Made by a program: the position numbers and the translations under genes
In this document: positions 38,870 through 51,971 of the stretch, one piece after another
Numbering within the stretch: position 1 is the first letter of the stretch
Layout of the letters: each line of letters begins with the position of its first letter
Notes under the pieces: generated by a model
Database searches by the model: none
What the model was told of the DNA's origin: nothing
The model's input: the letters and a program-made list of their open reading frames with translations, nothing else
Source of the DNA: Tubiluchus corallicola
Taxonomy: Eukaryota > Animalia > Priapulida
Length of the DNA stretch: 64,000 nt
Direction: 5' to 3'
NCBI GenBank assembly: GCA_030141605.1
Contig: JAQGDQ010000134.1
Coordinates: forward strand, 62,001 to 126,000

Positions 38870-39700
38870 CATGGTGATAGCAAAATTGTACATTATCACA
38901 CAGTTAGCAACAATGCACATTATTACAATGTGATATCAACAATGTCGTCACATGCTATTATCAGCAATGTACATTATCGTGTTCTAACAGCAACAATGTA
39001 TTTAGACACACTGTGATAACAACAATGTACGTTATCACTTGATGATAGAAATAGTGTCCATTATTACGGCGTGATAGGAACAATGTATATTAACAATTTC
39101 TAAGAGGTCAAGGCAATTTTAATGATTTTCTGTTCAATATTGGTTATACAGACAAAAATATGTGCCAGTGTTTAGACGGGAGGAAAACCCCACATCATCT
39201 GTCGTTTAATTGTAAATTCGTAAGCCGCATTAATGTCTATTATATGTTAACTTGTTGTGATAATCTGATTTTAATTAACTTTGCTAATATTTTGTTAGAT
39301 AACTTTATTTTGTCACTAACCTAACGGGATTAATTAGTTTTAGAAACCTAACGGGATTAATTAGTTTTAGAATATTGTTATCAATAATAGTTAGGAAGGT
39401 AATAATAATAATAATAATAATAATACAGTGCTAGCATAGCTGTTGTAAGTTATTAAATATGAAATATAAATACTGTTAACTGTTATAGCCCTGCAAATAG
39501 AAGGCGCATGTATATATGTATGTGTTTATATGCTCAAAATAAAGAATTATAATAAAAAATCATGTTCTAATAGCAGCAATGTATTTAGGTACACTGTGAT
39601 AGCAGTAATGTTTCCTCATCTCATGGTGATAGCAACAATGTGCATCACCACATAATGATAGACTGATAGCAACAACGTGCATTGCTAACGGTGATAACTA
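38870..39700. repeat. Degenerate ~30-bp minisatellite (GTGATAGCAACAATGTACATTATCAC-like), interrupted by a ~460-bp insert
   Basis: About 8 units at 38870-39098 and about 4-5 at 39560-39700. The insert carries an exact 27-bp tandem duplication (39318-39344, 39345-39371), (AAT)n and an AATAAA-rich end. Confidence 0.8.
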
Positions 39701-41899
39701 TATAACTATTATAATAATGCTATTAAATGTACATTTGCTAAGTTTTGTCCCTGTATGTTCAATTTTCAGTTTGATAATCAACGGGACTAATGAGTGATAG
39801 TAAATAGTGATATAGTAGAAGCTGGCATTACAGTGGTAAATTCGTGGTGTTTACCTCATTCAGCTATTACTAAATGATGCTATCTGATAGTAGTCCTAGT
39901 CTGCTATTTCCATTCTTTGACAATGAAATAGCGTTTTGAGAGACGCGTTTCGTTAGCATCTCCGTTCATTTTCCTCTGCTGCCCAATGATGATTTTGTGG
40001 ATATTACGAACTCTGGTCTCTCGGGTGTAATTTGACTATATGCCGTAAAGTTCGGTCAATTTGTCTCTCACAAATTACTCAGTTAACTCAACTACTTTTC
40101 TGTAGACGTGTCTAGGGGCGACGCCAGAACGGACTGGCGATAATAAATTATTCGGCGAGGTGCAGCAGAGATAGATTGAAAAGCTCAGATTACCTATACA
40201 TGGTAAAACGTAAAACTTTGTTTTTTTATCATAAGCCTGAAAAAAATTGTTTAACAAACAGAGGCAGACACAAAGATTTTCTTAGGGCCCGTTTCTCAAA
40301 GTTAAGGACTATGCGGTTATTAACCAAGACGTAATGGATGTCGTTGGCGATTCTGATCTGAGTTTGTAAGAACTGCGTGTTGGAGCTTTTGTAAACCGTT
40401 TTGGGGCCTTTGATGATCCTTCTCTGTCCTGTTGCTTCTGTAATTTCACCGTCGTGACCTTTTAATGACCTTTGGTGTGGTGTAACTGTCATCGGTTGTA
40501 ATGTTGAATAAACTCATTTACCCACAACTTGCATAAATCATCAAACAGAGAAGCCCTAGTTTAACCGTTTACAGCTACATCTAATTAAGAGAAGTTCCTG
40601 TAAGACTCGTTTTGACTACCTGCGGTTGAAAGTGTAGGAGATAGAGTGCAAAACTTGGCCTTTGACGGTCTGACCTAAAATCATTCAAAATCGACTTTTG
40701 GTCGAAAATCATTGGATGAAATATATAACAAATAGGTAGTAAAGGATAAACTAGAAAGTAGTACAACCGATTAGCTTATGCAGTGACAGGAACATCTATA
40801 AGTGTAAGTTATAGCTGCAAACTAGTAGATTTTTATTAAGGATCTGTAGCGTATACACTGTACAGTACTGTACATAATTATTAGCAACAGAAATGAAATA
40901 AATTGAAATGAAAAGGAATAGACAACTTTTAGTGTTGTATGTTAGTTACTAAACGTGAGTTTATGCTATTTAGTATATCTCTGCTTATCTATTGTGCTAG
41001 TAATGAAAATCATTCATTATATGTGCGGCTCAAATTTGTACAGTACTACTAAAAAACGAAAACCATCTTTTTTACCAGTTTGAGACACTGTAATGGCAGA
41101 CGACCCCAAATTTTTGAGAAACTGGTATTAACTTCGTAAGTTTCCGTGTGTGCCACCGCCCCCTCCCCCCTCCCACAGGCTTCACTGGATGCATTTGTCC
41201 TTGTTACGATAAAAGGTATCGAATTCTGGTGTGTCATGCATTTGCGTGTTCACAACTAATTTGCCCGGCTTCTGTTTTCATTGTGAGAGAGACGCAAAGT
41301 GGCTTAGACAAATCTGGCTTCGGCAGTGGTTTCTCGTGATCACGTGACCAATAAACACGGTATTTCCCCGTGCCGCGAAAACCTTGGTTCCCTGAGACTA
41401 TCAATAACCCGCGTACTCCACAGCGCAGCATCCACCGGGAGCAAATGATTCATTAAGTTAATGTAGATGCGTGTATCATGAGATGCGGGATGATGGATGA
41501 GAGCCTAGGTCCATCTGCCCTTGTACAAGATACATTTCTTTACCTGTGCCTCATGTCTGGCTAATTATTTAAGCTTAATTGATTTATCTGTGACCTGTAT
41601 ACCTATTAATTTCTCGTTTTTCATGAAGTTCTTAATTAGAATTGGGACCTCGTGCAGCTGCATGAGAGAGAATAATGTAGGCGAGGGGAAATGTGTATTG
41701 TGCAAGTCAATAAGTAGAATAAATAAACAAGTAAATTAATACATAAAGAAGGTATGAGGAAAGTGGAGTACAAGAAGGGTGAAAGGAGAAAGAAAGGGGC
41801 AGAAGGGAATGATAGAAGGAACAGAATTCAAAGAAAAGAAAACAAGAATTAAGTTAAAAAGAGGAATAAAATATGAAAGAAGTAAGGAGGTAAGATAAC

Positions 41900-41953
41900 G
41901 AATGAATGAGTGGGTGAGTGAATGAGCGAGCGAATGAATGAATGAATGAATGA
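41900..41953. repeat. (GAAT)n-type repeat
   Basis: Direct reading. Confidence 0.8.
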
Positions 41954-42416
41954 AAGGCCATGGAGCAGAAAGGAAAAAAGATACGAGAGAAGAGATCTTA
42001 TAATTTCACGCTCTTTAAATCATAAAAGTCGAAGTTCCGCTTCTAAAATGCCTGCTCATTTATGGCAAATATTTCCATAGTTGTAACTCGTATCAGAGCG
42101 ACTATTAAATAAATACATTAGGGAATCTTTACCGAGGGAATCCCTGTTTACACAACCTCCTCTGCTCCCAAGTATTTGCTGTCTATTCTCCCTGCCCAGT
42201 GTCCGATGTTGGACGTAATATCGACCTAATTCTATTTGTTTAATTGCCGTTTGAAGTTACACACGGTTGGTCTTTGATACTACGTATACATATAGCTGTA
42301 AGAAGCTCTATTACTCACTATTTTTTGTATACATACAGATGTAAGAGGCTTTATTTTATGTGTGCTTTATCAGAAACTGTATTTGCTATATTAATGTTCA
42401 CATTTCTCTATTACAG

Positions 42417-42468
42417 CTCGTTGCAAGAATGATGATTCAGGCACCACAATGGAAGACTACGAGTTAGA
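42417..42468 (+). CDS. Ror: Ror-family RTK, coding exon 2 (ARCKNDDSGTTMEDYELE)
   Basis: Acceptor catttctctattacAG and donor GA|GTGAGT; 52 nt, open frame. Phase 1 to 2 bridges exon 1 and the 38-nt exon exactly. Confidence 0.72.
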
Positions 42469-43411
42469 GTGAGTAGGCTTACTATACGATACGCTATGCT
42501 ATTGTGTTTGGTAACCCCTAATCATGTTATACTAATTCCCTTCTCATTTGCAGCTGTATTGGCCCAGTTTCGTGTTAAGTGTCTGTGTCATGGCTTTCAA
42601 GTGTATGTGTAAGAGCGACTACAAGCGTTCGTGAAGTTGCGTGACTATATTTCCCCACACTGGGAGATTATAGAATGTAGTGAGTTGTTTAATCACTAAT
42701 TCACTGCGTACAGCAGTTTTAATGCCGAAATTAATTTGCGTCAGGCATTGTGGCAGAACATCTTTATTAAAAATTAGACGTTTTTTGGTTTCAATGATTC
42801 TATCTGTCTGTCTGTCTAACTGTCCGTTTGTCTGTCTATCTATATGTCCATCTGTGTATCTGTCTATCTACTTAATCTTTGTCCCTGCAACCAATGGTAC
42901 AGGAATAACCGAAACGTTTAACTTTTAATAAAGAGATTAATTTGCTGGCCAGTAATATGTATAAATGCCAATTATATCTGCAGCTTATCAATTAATACTA
43001 AGTCAAGACCGAAAAGTAACTGAACAAAAGAAAGCATGATTTTTTGCTACTTAATGTGAAGCAAATGTCTTTGTTGTTTTGCCCTTTTTAGCGACTTGGA
43101 TGTTTATTATTACGTTTTAAAAATGTTTTAAACGTCAACAAACATGTGTTTATTTTTACTTATTATTATTATTGTTAGAACATGAAAATCAGTTTGCACA
43201 TTAGCTAGGGGTCTCTGCGACATGGCCACCTCAAAAGTAGCAATAGAATTTTTAGTCTTATTCCAAACCACTGTCAGGACGAAATTAGCCGAAAAATTAA
43301 AACATCGCAGCATTTTTCTGCAATGTCTTTCAGTTTCTCAGCGTGTACTTCACTCGTTTTTTAACCAAAAACTTGCGACATTTGTTCTGCAATTGATTCT
43401 AGTATTTTTGA

Positions 43412-43500
43412 AGGAATCCGTGTAAAAAAGTCATAAGCAAAAAAGTCACAGAAAAAAGGCACAGGAAAAAATAATCCTAACCCTAGCAAAAACAGTAACC
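43412..43500 (+). mobile_element. End fragment of non-autonomous DNA element (AAAAAAGTCACAG repeats plus CCTAACCCTA)
   Basis: GGAATCC followed by three AAAAAAG(T/G)CA(C/T)A units and a telomere-like CCTAACCCTAG. Confidence 0.35.
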
Positions 43501-44635
43501 TTTTTAGACTTTATTAGCGGTCACCTTTTTGAACGTCACTAATTTCTTTCTGCGATTGTACTAGTCTCATAATTGTACTTTGTCTTGTTATTTTCTGATT
43601 TCTAATGTAACTGGCTTTTGGTTAATAAACTAATTTACTTTTTGACCTTCACAGTCCAGAGGGCTATTGGCTTCAATCATCTCTTTTGTTTATCATTTTA
43701 AAAGTCATTATAGCTTTTTCCGTTCTGTGACCTTTGCGGATCTTGTTCTGCGCTACTTCCTCTTCCGTCTTTACTTGATTGCTATTAGCCCGATAATCAT
43801 AGAAAAGCTCTACAAAGAAAAGCGAAATCTTACAAAACTTTTCTGAAGTAAAAATTCGATTTGGGAACATTCCAAGCCCGTCCAGCACTTCCGGGGATCT
43901 CCGAGGGTTTCTTGCACATATCTGCAGCTAATAAAATTTTCTCACACAAGGAGGAAATTGTGTGATTTTAATAAAATTATGACCAGATCACACCGGCAAT
44001 TCCTTAGATAATAAGTTCAAATAATTCGATATGGACTAGATCAAATGCTGGTGAAACGACGAAGCGATTTTGGAAACATGTTTATCTAATCCAATAACTG
44101 GCGGATCAAATTCGCTTAAGTCGCCTCCTAAGCTCCTCGACAAATGTACGGGTCTCTAAGGGAATAAGCAAGAAAATCCGCTTTGTAACCGTGGAAAAAT
44201 CCTGGAAAGATTCGAAAATGTGCCGGATTGGCAGTGGATAATTCTTGTCTTTCGAAAAAATGGGAATGAAATAGGAGATGACGTCATTACCGTTATTAGT
44301 GCCGCGCCTATCGTTACCACACGCTTGTGATTCGAAACTCATGTGCTTTGGCCTTAAGTAAAGTGTCTTACTGCATTTAATCTTAGGTGGCACTGTGAGA
44401 CTGGGATAAAAGATTTGTTTTTATATAATTGCGACCACAATCTCTATACAATTTACACAGTTACAGTTACACAGAATGGTGTGATCCAGGCGTGGTTGTG
44501 GTAAGACTTAAACTTACATGTAGTTCATCAACAAGGATACACCTTTGAGATTTGGTCTTTCGAATGTACATTATACCCTCCCTTAGCAAGATAAACATCC
44601 ACTTCCGGCATGCAGAACAACCATCCAGATCGAGT

Positions 44636-44700
44636 GCTGAATGTGGTGGTCACTCATCTATTCACTCTCTAGGCTCAGTATTGTCCAGCCTTAGTCGCTA
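44636..44700 (-). mobile_element. Degenerate SINE fragment with 5S-like domain
   Basis: Minus strand reads GCTGGACAATACTGAGCCTAGAGAGTGAATAGATGAGTGACCACC, similar to the copy at 120-200. Confidence 0.35.
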
Positions 44701-45305
44701 ACCAAACACAGTAACCATTGTGCTATTGCTCTCGCCTCTTATAAGGGTTATAAGATTATCTCATGTAAGGTTAGTTTCTGAACTGCACATTATGATCGAC
44801 CAATGAGGAAAGAAGTGGATCTACTCGAATCTTGTCAACGATCACCTGAAAATGGAACTATCTTCTTATCTGGGACTTTAGAGTAAGATCAGCTATGTAA
44901 GTGTAAATTCCCTTCCAACTATTATAAGACTTTTATGAAACTGCCAGTATTGTGCTCTTGCTAAATTTTATAAAAAGTTATGTGACTAGACGACCTTGTA
45001 ATTGATGGCTTGTTTTCCTCTTACAGAGTTGGTTCTATGGTTATTGCATTTTCTATTTCTCCGGCTGGTTTTTGCCAAAATTTAAGTTTCTACTTCCTGC
45101 CGCTTGGCTCTTAACGCGTCAAATAGGATTAACCCAGAAATGTTAAGCGTCCGAGTAATGGCTATTCTACTGCCAGCAGGACTATACGGTGACGTCTGTA
45201 AGATAAGATACGGCAATTTATTTAGTCGCTGGTAGAAATGTCAGGCTATTTTAAGACGAAAAAATAAAACTGCTATCACAAATCTATACCAAAACAAAAA
45301 CCAGA

Positions 45306-45437
<132 letters not shown>

Positions 45438-46071
45438 CTAGTTTGCAATTGAAATTTTACATCGTTAAAGTAATATAAAAATAGAAGAGGTCGTGACAAT
45501 CGCTTGAGAACTTTGTATCTAATTATACCAAAGTGCGATATTAGATTCAAGATTCGTACACGGCATAGAATTCTGGATTGTTGTCGTGATAATGGCGTCA
45601 TAATTACAAATCGTGTTATGCGTCGCATATTTTTCGATGCCATTTACGAAATTAATTCGCTGGCTCCGGATCGACGCGCTTTCCGGATCTCCGGCGACGA
45701 TTTGAGTTTTTGAAGACAACAAAATCAATGCGCCTATCCCGGCAAGGTCGTAACATCACGTATGGTGGCTATTTTACTGACGAAATATGTCATCGATTAA
45801 AATAAAGTTAAAATTTGTTTCGTTAGACTGGAAGTTGTTATTGCTTCAGTATGGAGTTCTGTGAACTCATTGCACCTTCATTATGAAAATATTCGCCTAA
45901 TCTGTCTCTCGTGACAAACATATATCGATCATCGCGTAATTGTGATTAAATTCGTCGAGATTGTAAGTAATTAAAACCAATTAAGTAATGACTTTAAAGA
46001 TAAGATGGCTGCAACAGCAGTCGCCATGTTTTTGCTCTAAGAGGATTGTTTTTCGCCACACACATTGTATT

Positions 46072-46087
46072 TAGCGCCCTCTGCTGC
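46072..46087 (-). promoter_or_regulatory. CTCF-like motif
   Basis: Minus strand reads GCAGCAGAGGGCGCTA, one mismatch from CCAGCAGAGGGCGCTA. Confidence 0.5.
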
Positions 46088-47572
46088 TGATAAGGTATTT
46101 TTAATCGCAGAAGCCAGCAGTGCCCCACTGTTGTTTTGCTTTTGCCAATTTGTACAATTGCCCAGGAACCATATGTTACCAATAGGGGGGTATTGCTGCT
46201 TCTGCACACGCTGTTCTATGATCTCATTCAATCATCTCACTCTAAGTATACGAATTAGCAACTACCACTGGGATGTGGTCTGTATTAAACCTACATGATT
46301 TCGGTCTCTTTTGTGTATATTTCATTTGTCACGTCTACGCTCTACGCGGGATACAATTCAATAAATAAATATAAAAAAACTAGGAAAAATTTTATGCTAT
46401 GTTAGAATCACAGACTTTTAGAATAAACACCCAACACTGTTTTTGTGAACAGCTTGCTTGATTTCTTTGCTTGATTACGGCAAGTATCGTGACCTCATTA
46501 TGATCTTTGCACAAATTTTAATGACGTCTATCTAATTTCATTCGTAATTCACCTTTTCAAAACTTCAAGGCGCAACTGTATCTGATGGAGAGGAGACAGT
46601 TCGCTCTGATTACAAATTTAACACCATTGCCCATTTCCGCGCAGCATAATTAGACAAATCGCTGACAGTTGCTTCATTTTTCAACTTTCTCCTAAACTGT
46701 CTTGCCGATACACTTCATTATAGGCGGATTCAGGCTCAATCTTTGCCTGACCCCCAACCCTTCAGAGCGCCCTGTCCATTTATCATTGCCAAATACGCCA
46801 TTTGCATTTAGCTTGTGCCCTAATCTTGTCAAGAGATAATCCCTCGGATGACGTCCCATATTTCTTTTTTCTTGGCGTCTTCAAGTTCATCAGTAGCCGA
46901 GGAGTCTATCTACTTTTTCTTCTGGTGCCCAAGATCCTGTCTGTTTGACTGCGTGCGATTGGAGGACACATGATACGATGTTTGTGTTTCGACACATCTG
47001 TGTAATCTTGGACACGATGGTTGGCTTAGTTCCCGCTGTGTCTATCTGTGTAAGATCACGAATAACATGTGTTATTCTTTGTATACGTGATCATTACTGA
47101 GTTGTGAAGACAAACCAATGGGAACTGGACACATGAGGAAAAGCAATGTCCTTCAATGGTGGCTCGACTGTCTTCCGGAAAAACGTCGCGCTTTTGTCAT
47201 TAATTGTCATTTTTAAGCCTTTCAAGCAATTGCTTCATGTTTTCTGTACACACACTTTACTAAGGAAACAACAGGTTCATTAAGTTATTTAAAATAGTTT
47301 GGAGCCCGATGAAATATTCAACTGATACTGATGCAACTGACTGTAAAACTGGACCAGAACACAATGAAAAAGTTTGTGCTTTGAGAAATGAAAAAATTCT
47401 CAATGAGAAAAGTCTAACTCCGAATTTGAACTCAGACCCTCACACTTACGTTCTTTGCTGTAACTGCGTGGGTGCTGGGTTATTTAGAACGAAACATAGA
47501 TTGGTCGCATCCACTTAGTTTACCGAGAATTTTTAACGCAATTTGCCTGTTAAACTTACCGGGACTGTTATA

Positions 47573-47680
47573 TATGTGATTTTACCACGAGTATGAATAA
47601 AAACGATATATATATATTTGATATGATTGTACCACGAGTATATATATACATATTACTCATACTCGTGGTAAAATCACATA
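47573..47680. repeat. Inverted repeat with 24-bp perfect arms
   Basis: TATGTGATTTTACCACGAGTATGA (47573-47596) and its exact reverse complement (47657-47680). Confidence 0.9.
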
Positions 47681-47767
47681 AAATATACAAATAAATGAAT
47701 AAGTAAAATAGCATTAATTAACTCATTCCTATTAAAAATGAAGGAGTTACGTTCTAGAGCCCATTTA

Positions 47768-47891
47768 ACGAGTCAAAAGCGATGTATTGTGTTAGTATAG
47801 AACTGATACAGACTTTAAATTTCATAAAAAATAGTGAAATTTAAAGTCTGTATCAGTTCTATATTAACACAATACATCGCTTTTGTCTCGT
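47768..47891. repeat. Fold-back palindrome with 57-bp arms and a 10-nt loop
   Basis: 47768-47824 is the reverse complement of 47835-47891 with 2 mismatches. Confidence 0.95.
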
Positions 47892-50800
47892 CAGGGTAAA
47901 AATGCGCTAATGATCCATTGCTCCCAAAAATGGTGAAAGTTTAGTTTGACACTTCATTTGTAAACTGTCGAAAGAACCAGGCATGTCAGTGCAGAACTGC
48001 TTGAGTAAGATTTATTAGTGCACAATCTGTTTATTTTATTTTTTTGATTATATGACATGTTCTGTTGTTATACTTAAAGGCCTATATAACCTCAACGGAC
48101 CATTGAAGTTTTTTAACATCTTATTATGATTACACAAAGAATTCATAGTTATTATTAAAGATAAGAGACTTATAAATTAAATAACTTACCTTTTCTGGCG
48201 AATTTCGAACGGGTGCATTGCATAAAGATTACCATACTTCGCGTCTTTGACGCGAGTGAACGAGAATGACGTACGAGGTACAGAATGCTTCTTTACCGAT
48301 CTTTGGTGACCTCGTGACTGTATTCATTACGTCATTCGTTTCGCGAAACGAAAAATTGCGGTTCCAATTTAATACCGCTAACAACGTACAGATAAAAAAC
48401 AAAAGAAACACGTTTTACACTAAGTTTATAATAAAATAAATTTAATATTCGTAGTGAAAATAAGTTGTAAAAGCTCATATTATAGTGAGGGTTTAGTTTG
48501 ACTTTAAATTTTTGCCAGCCACTTTGTGAAATTATAATAACCGCGAACATATGTGTCAGTAAGTAGTAAGTGTGGAAATAAAATCAATGGCTGGCGAAAA
48601 TGAGCGTAACTGAGCTCTTGGAATTCCCATTTTAATCATTGAAACGTGAACATAAACCACGATTTGTGTAATTTATGTATACGATACTTATTTACGATAT
48701 TTATTTACGATCGTTTAGCATGTAATCGTGTAAACATTGAAAGCAAAAACGCATTCTGAACATATCGTATGATTGTTCAGTGGGATGGTTAAATGACGAC
48801 GTTTGCTTGAGCTTCTGTTTATGTACATAAGATAAGTGGGCTACGATTTATTTGAAATTTTTTTGAATTTTTTATTGCCATAAATGTTTTAAACAGACGA
48901 ATCACTAATAGATAAAGAGATCTGTAGTAAGCAAGTGATCGTTCAGATATCCATTGTTCTTTGTACATGTGTAGATAATTGCTCTAAATTTGTGTATGTC
49001 AGTGTGTGTGAACCTAGACCTTTTTGGTGATACATACAAAATTCTGTATAATATGTACATATGCCTCAAAATATCAAAAGAAAATGTGGCAGACTTTTAG
49101 CATGCAACACGTACATAACTTTTAATTATCGTCTTTTATAAGACTAAAAGACGGCGATCGAGGATCTGCATCCCAGTACCCACTGTAACGGCAACGGATA
49201 GAGCCTGCGTAAGGGAGTGATGACGCCTAGAGAGATCACTAAGTATTATGCTATTAGGTATTTTATCATGAAAGCATCAACTGTCCAAAACGTTCTGATG
49301 TTCGTTTCTGAAAAATTAATCTGGCTGATGTGGCTATAAAGTTGTTGTATACAATCCTTACCCAGTCCAGTGTTCAAATAATGCTTTAAATTGATTAGCT
49401 TTTGCTGTTTAGTGTCATTTCATTTTTGATGCTGCATGGGGATTTTCGTTTTAAACACAACCCGGGAGAATTAATTAAAACGGAACTTGACCCAACTTTA
49501 CACGATAGCTAAAAATAATCTAATGCATAAAAAATTGAGAGCACATGATTGCCTTTTAAGTGGGTTACTTAAGTGGCGTGCAAAAAATTATTAGCATAGC
49601 AGTTTACTTTCACATTCGCGCGCAGTTACATGTATTCGCTATTCACTAGTTAAATGGACACAGCGCATACATCTCGGAAATGCGTTGCACAAAAAACAGG
49701 CGCTGTATTGTCAGTTCATTTGTGATGTAGTGCACAGGTTCGAGAACTCGTGCGTTACCACAGCGGTAAACTTGAAATTTAAATGCTTAAACTTAAAATT
49801 TGCTGAGTTTTTGTATATCACACTTAATGTTGTAAAGTAACACTAAACTTTAATTTTCGTTTTCGCAAACAAGCGCAAGACGCTCGTGGGATATGCGCGG
49901 TATTAAAAATTATGCCCACTTGTGATGTCATCACTAACAGTGGTCGCCGACCGTCATTCAAGTTTTTACCGATTATTTAATTATTATAACCACTTTGACA
50001 TTATTATAGGTATGAAAATGTATAATTTTTATAGTACGTCAAAATGGGTAGGACATGAAAAATCGTCCTGTTTTCCTTTTACTTTAACTGTGCTTGGAAT
50101 AACGAAAACGGTTTCTGTTATTTCAAGCTTAGAAAAATACTAAAGAATTGATAGAATAGCTGACCAAACTAATCGGTGAAACGAATGAGTGAGCAAAAGA
50201 CCAACAAACGAACGAGTAAATTATGAGCACAGAAACATTATACAAAGTTAAAAGAAATCTTTATCAAGCTTTTAAACTAACTCTGTAATTGCCATGAAAG
50301 GAGAGGTAGGTTCTATCAGGCTTAGAGAACTTTTTGGAACGAAGAAGTGTGAAACCACGTGCGTGTCATAAACTATACGAGAAGCAGCAGCCGTATGTCA
50401 CGTGACTTGCCAGATCCCACACTTGCGGGGGTGTGTAACTTTTACAGCCTTCGCGTTTTAAAGGGGAAGCTATTAGAAATTTTGAAACGCTCCTTAGTTG
50501 ACCAGGAAACTAGTAATGTAAATGGTTCACATCATTCAAAGGTTTATCAAAAAACTTTTTCTTTTTCCTTTTAATTTTCTTTCATACACGAATAAGAATT
50601 TAAACCCTTAAATGTTGAATCTGACCGAATCCCTTCGTGGATCCGCCCGCTTAAATGCAGCATGCAGCAGATTTTATCTGCTCAGATATGAACTTTCTTT
50701 GATGTAATTATCCCCCTGACATTACTCAGTTTATCAAGCGCAATAAACAGGCAGAAATTAAACTCTGCATTAAAAGATTTCCACTAACTTCACGCAACCT

Positions 50801-51785
50801 TACCAATGAAGCCAGCGAAAATTGTTATTGTTTTTGTGAGACTTGCAATTATGAACTAAGTGTTGTCAATCTGAAAAAATAACGCAGTGTGGTTTTTGAC
50901 AAGCACGAAAAGAAAGAAAAAAACAAGAAGAAATCAAAAGACGACGATGAAATGAGATGGAAAACAATAAAAGAAAGCGGTATGAAAAAAGGAGAAGAAA
51001 CAAAAATAAGCAGAAAAAGGAAATGCTAATAAGACAAGCAGAAACTAGAAAAGAAGATCAAGAAAATAAAGAATAAATGGGAGGACAAAGAGGGAAAGAT
51101 AAAGAAAAAGAAGAAGAGGAAGAGAAAAAAGAAGGAGGAAAACGTGTGTAGAACGCAAGCAACAACGAATGTATTTCAGTAGCACTTTGTCAGGCACTTA
51201 GTGTCTTTAATTGACAAGGTATTAGTAACAGCCTTGGAACTTCTTTCAGTTGGGAGCTAAGAGCTGAAAAAATATGCAGGCTAAATATTATCAGCTGGGC
51301 TCCAAGTACATTACTGGGACATGGATAAGTGGACTGATAATGTTCCACTAGCAGCTGTACAGGCAAGCAAAACAACTCGCCCCATGAACTAAATACACAA
51401 GCCAGTAACTGATCCTTTCAATGCCTTGTTGTTATGGTGTAAATTTGAAAGTGGATGGTATGGAATAATAAACAGTTCTCTTCCTACGTTTCCCCATGCT
51501 GACCCCCTCCCCCGGCCTGCAAATTTCGTGAAATTTTGCTGAAACTAAAAACGCAGCGCCGCCTACCGGTGTTAGTTTCGGAATCGCTCTGCAGGGGGCA
51601 GATGAGTAACGGAAGTTGAGGAATTGGTGGAAAGATTTGCCCCAAATGGAGAAAGAATTGCACAGCTGAGTTCAAATTTGGCATCTTAGTTGTCTCCCCA
51701 GTTTTACCCCACATTGGAGTAACCCCCACTTGAAATAAAAAGATTAGACATAAATAAGCAAACAGACCAGAAATATGAAAAGTCT

Positions 51786-51971
<186 letters not shown>

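Noticed and set aside
38870-39700. CRISPR-like periodic repeats
   Set aside because: Units are degenerate and contiguous, with no unique spacers or cas genes; eukaryotic minisatellite.
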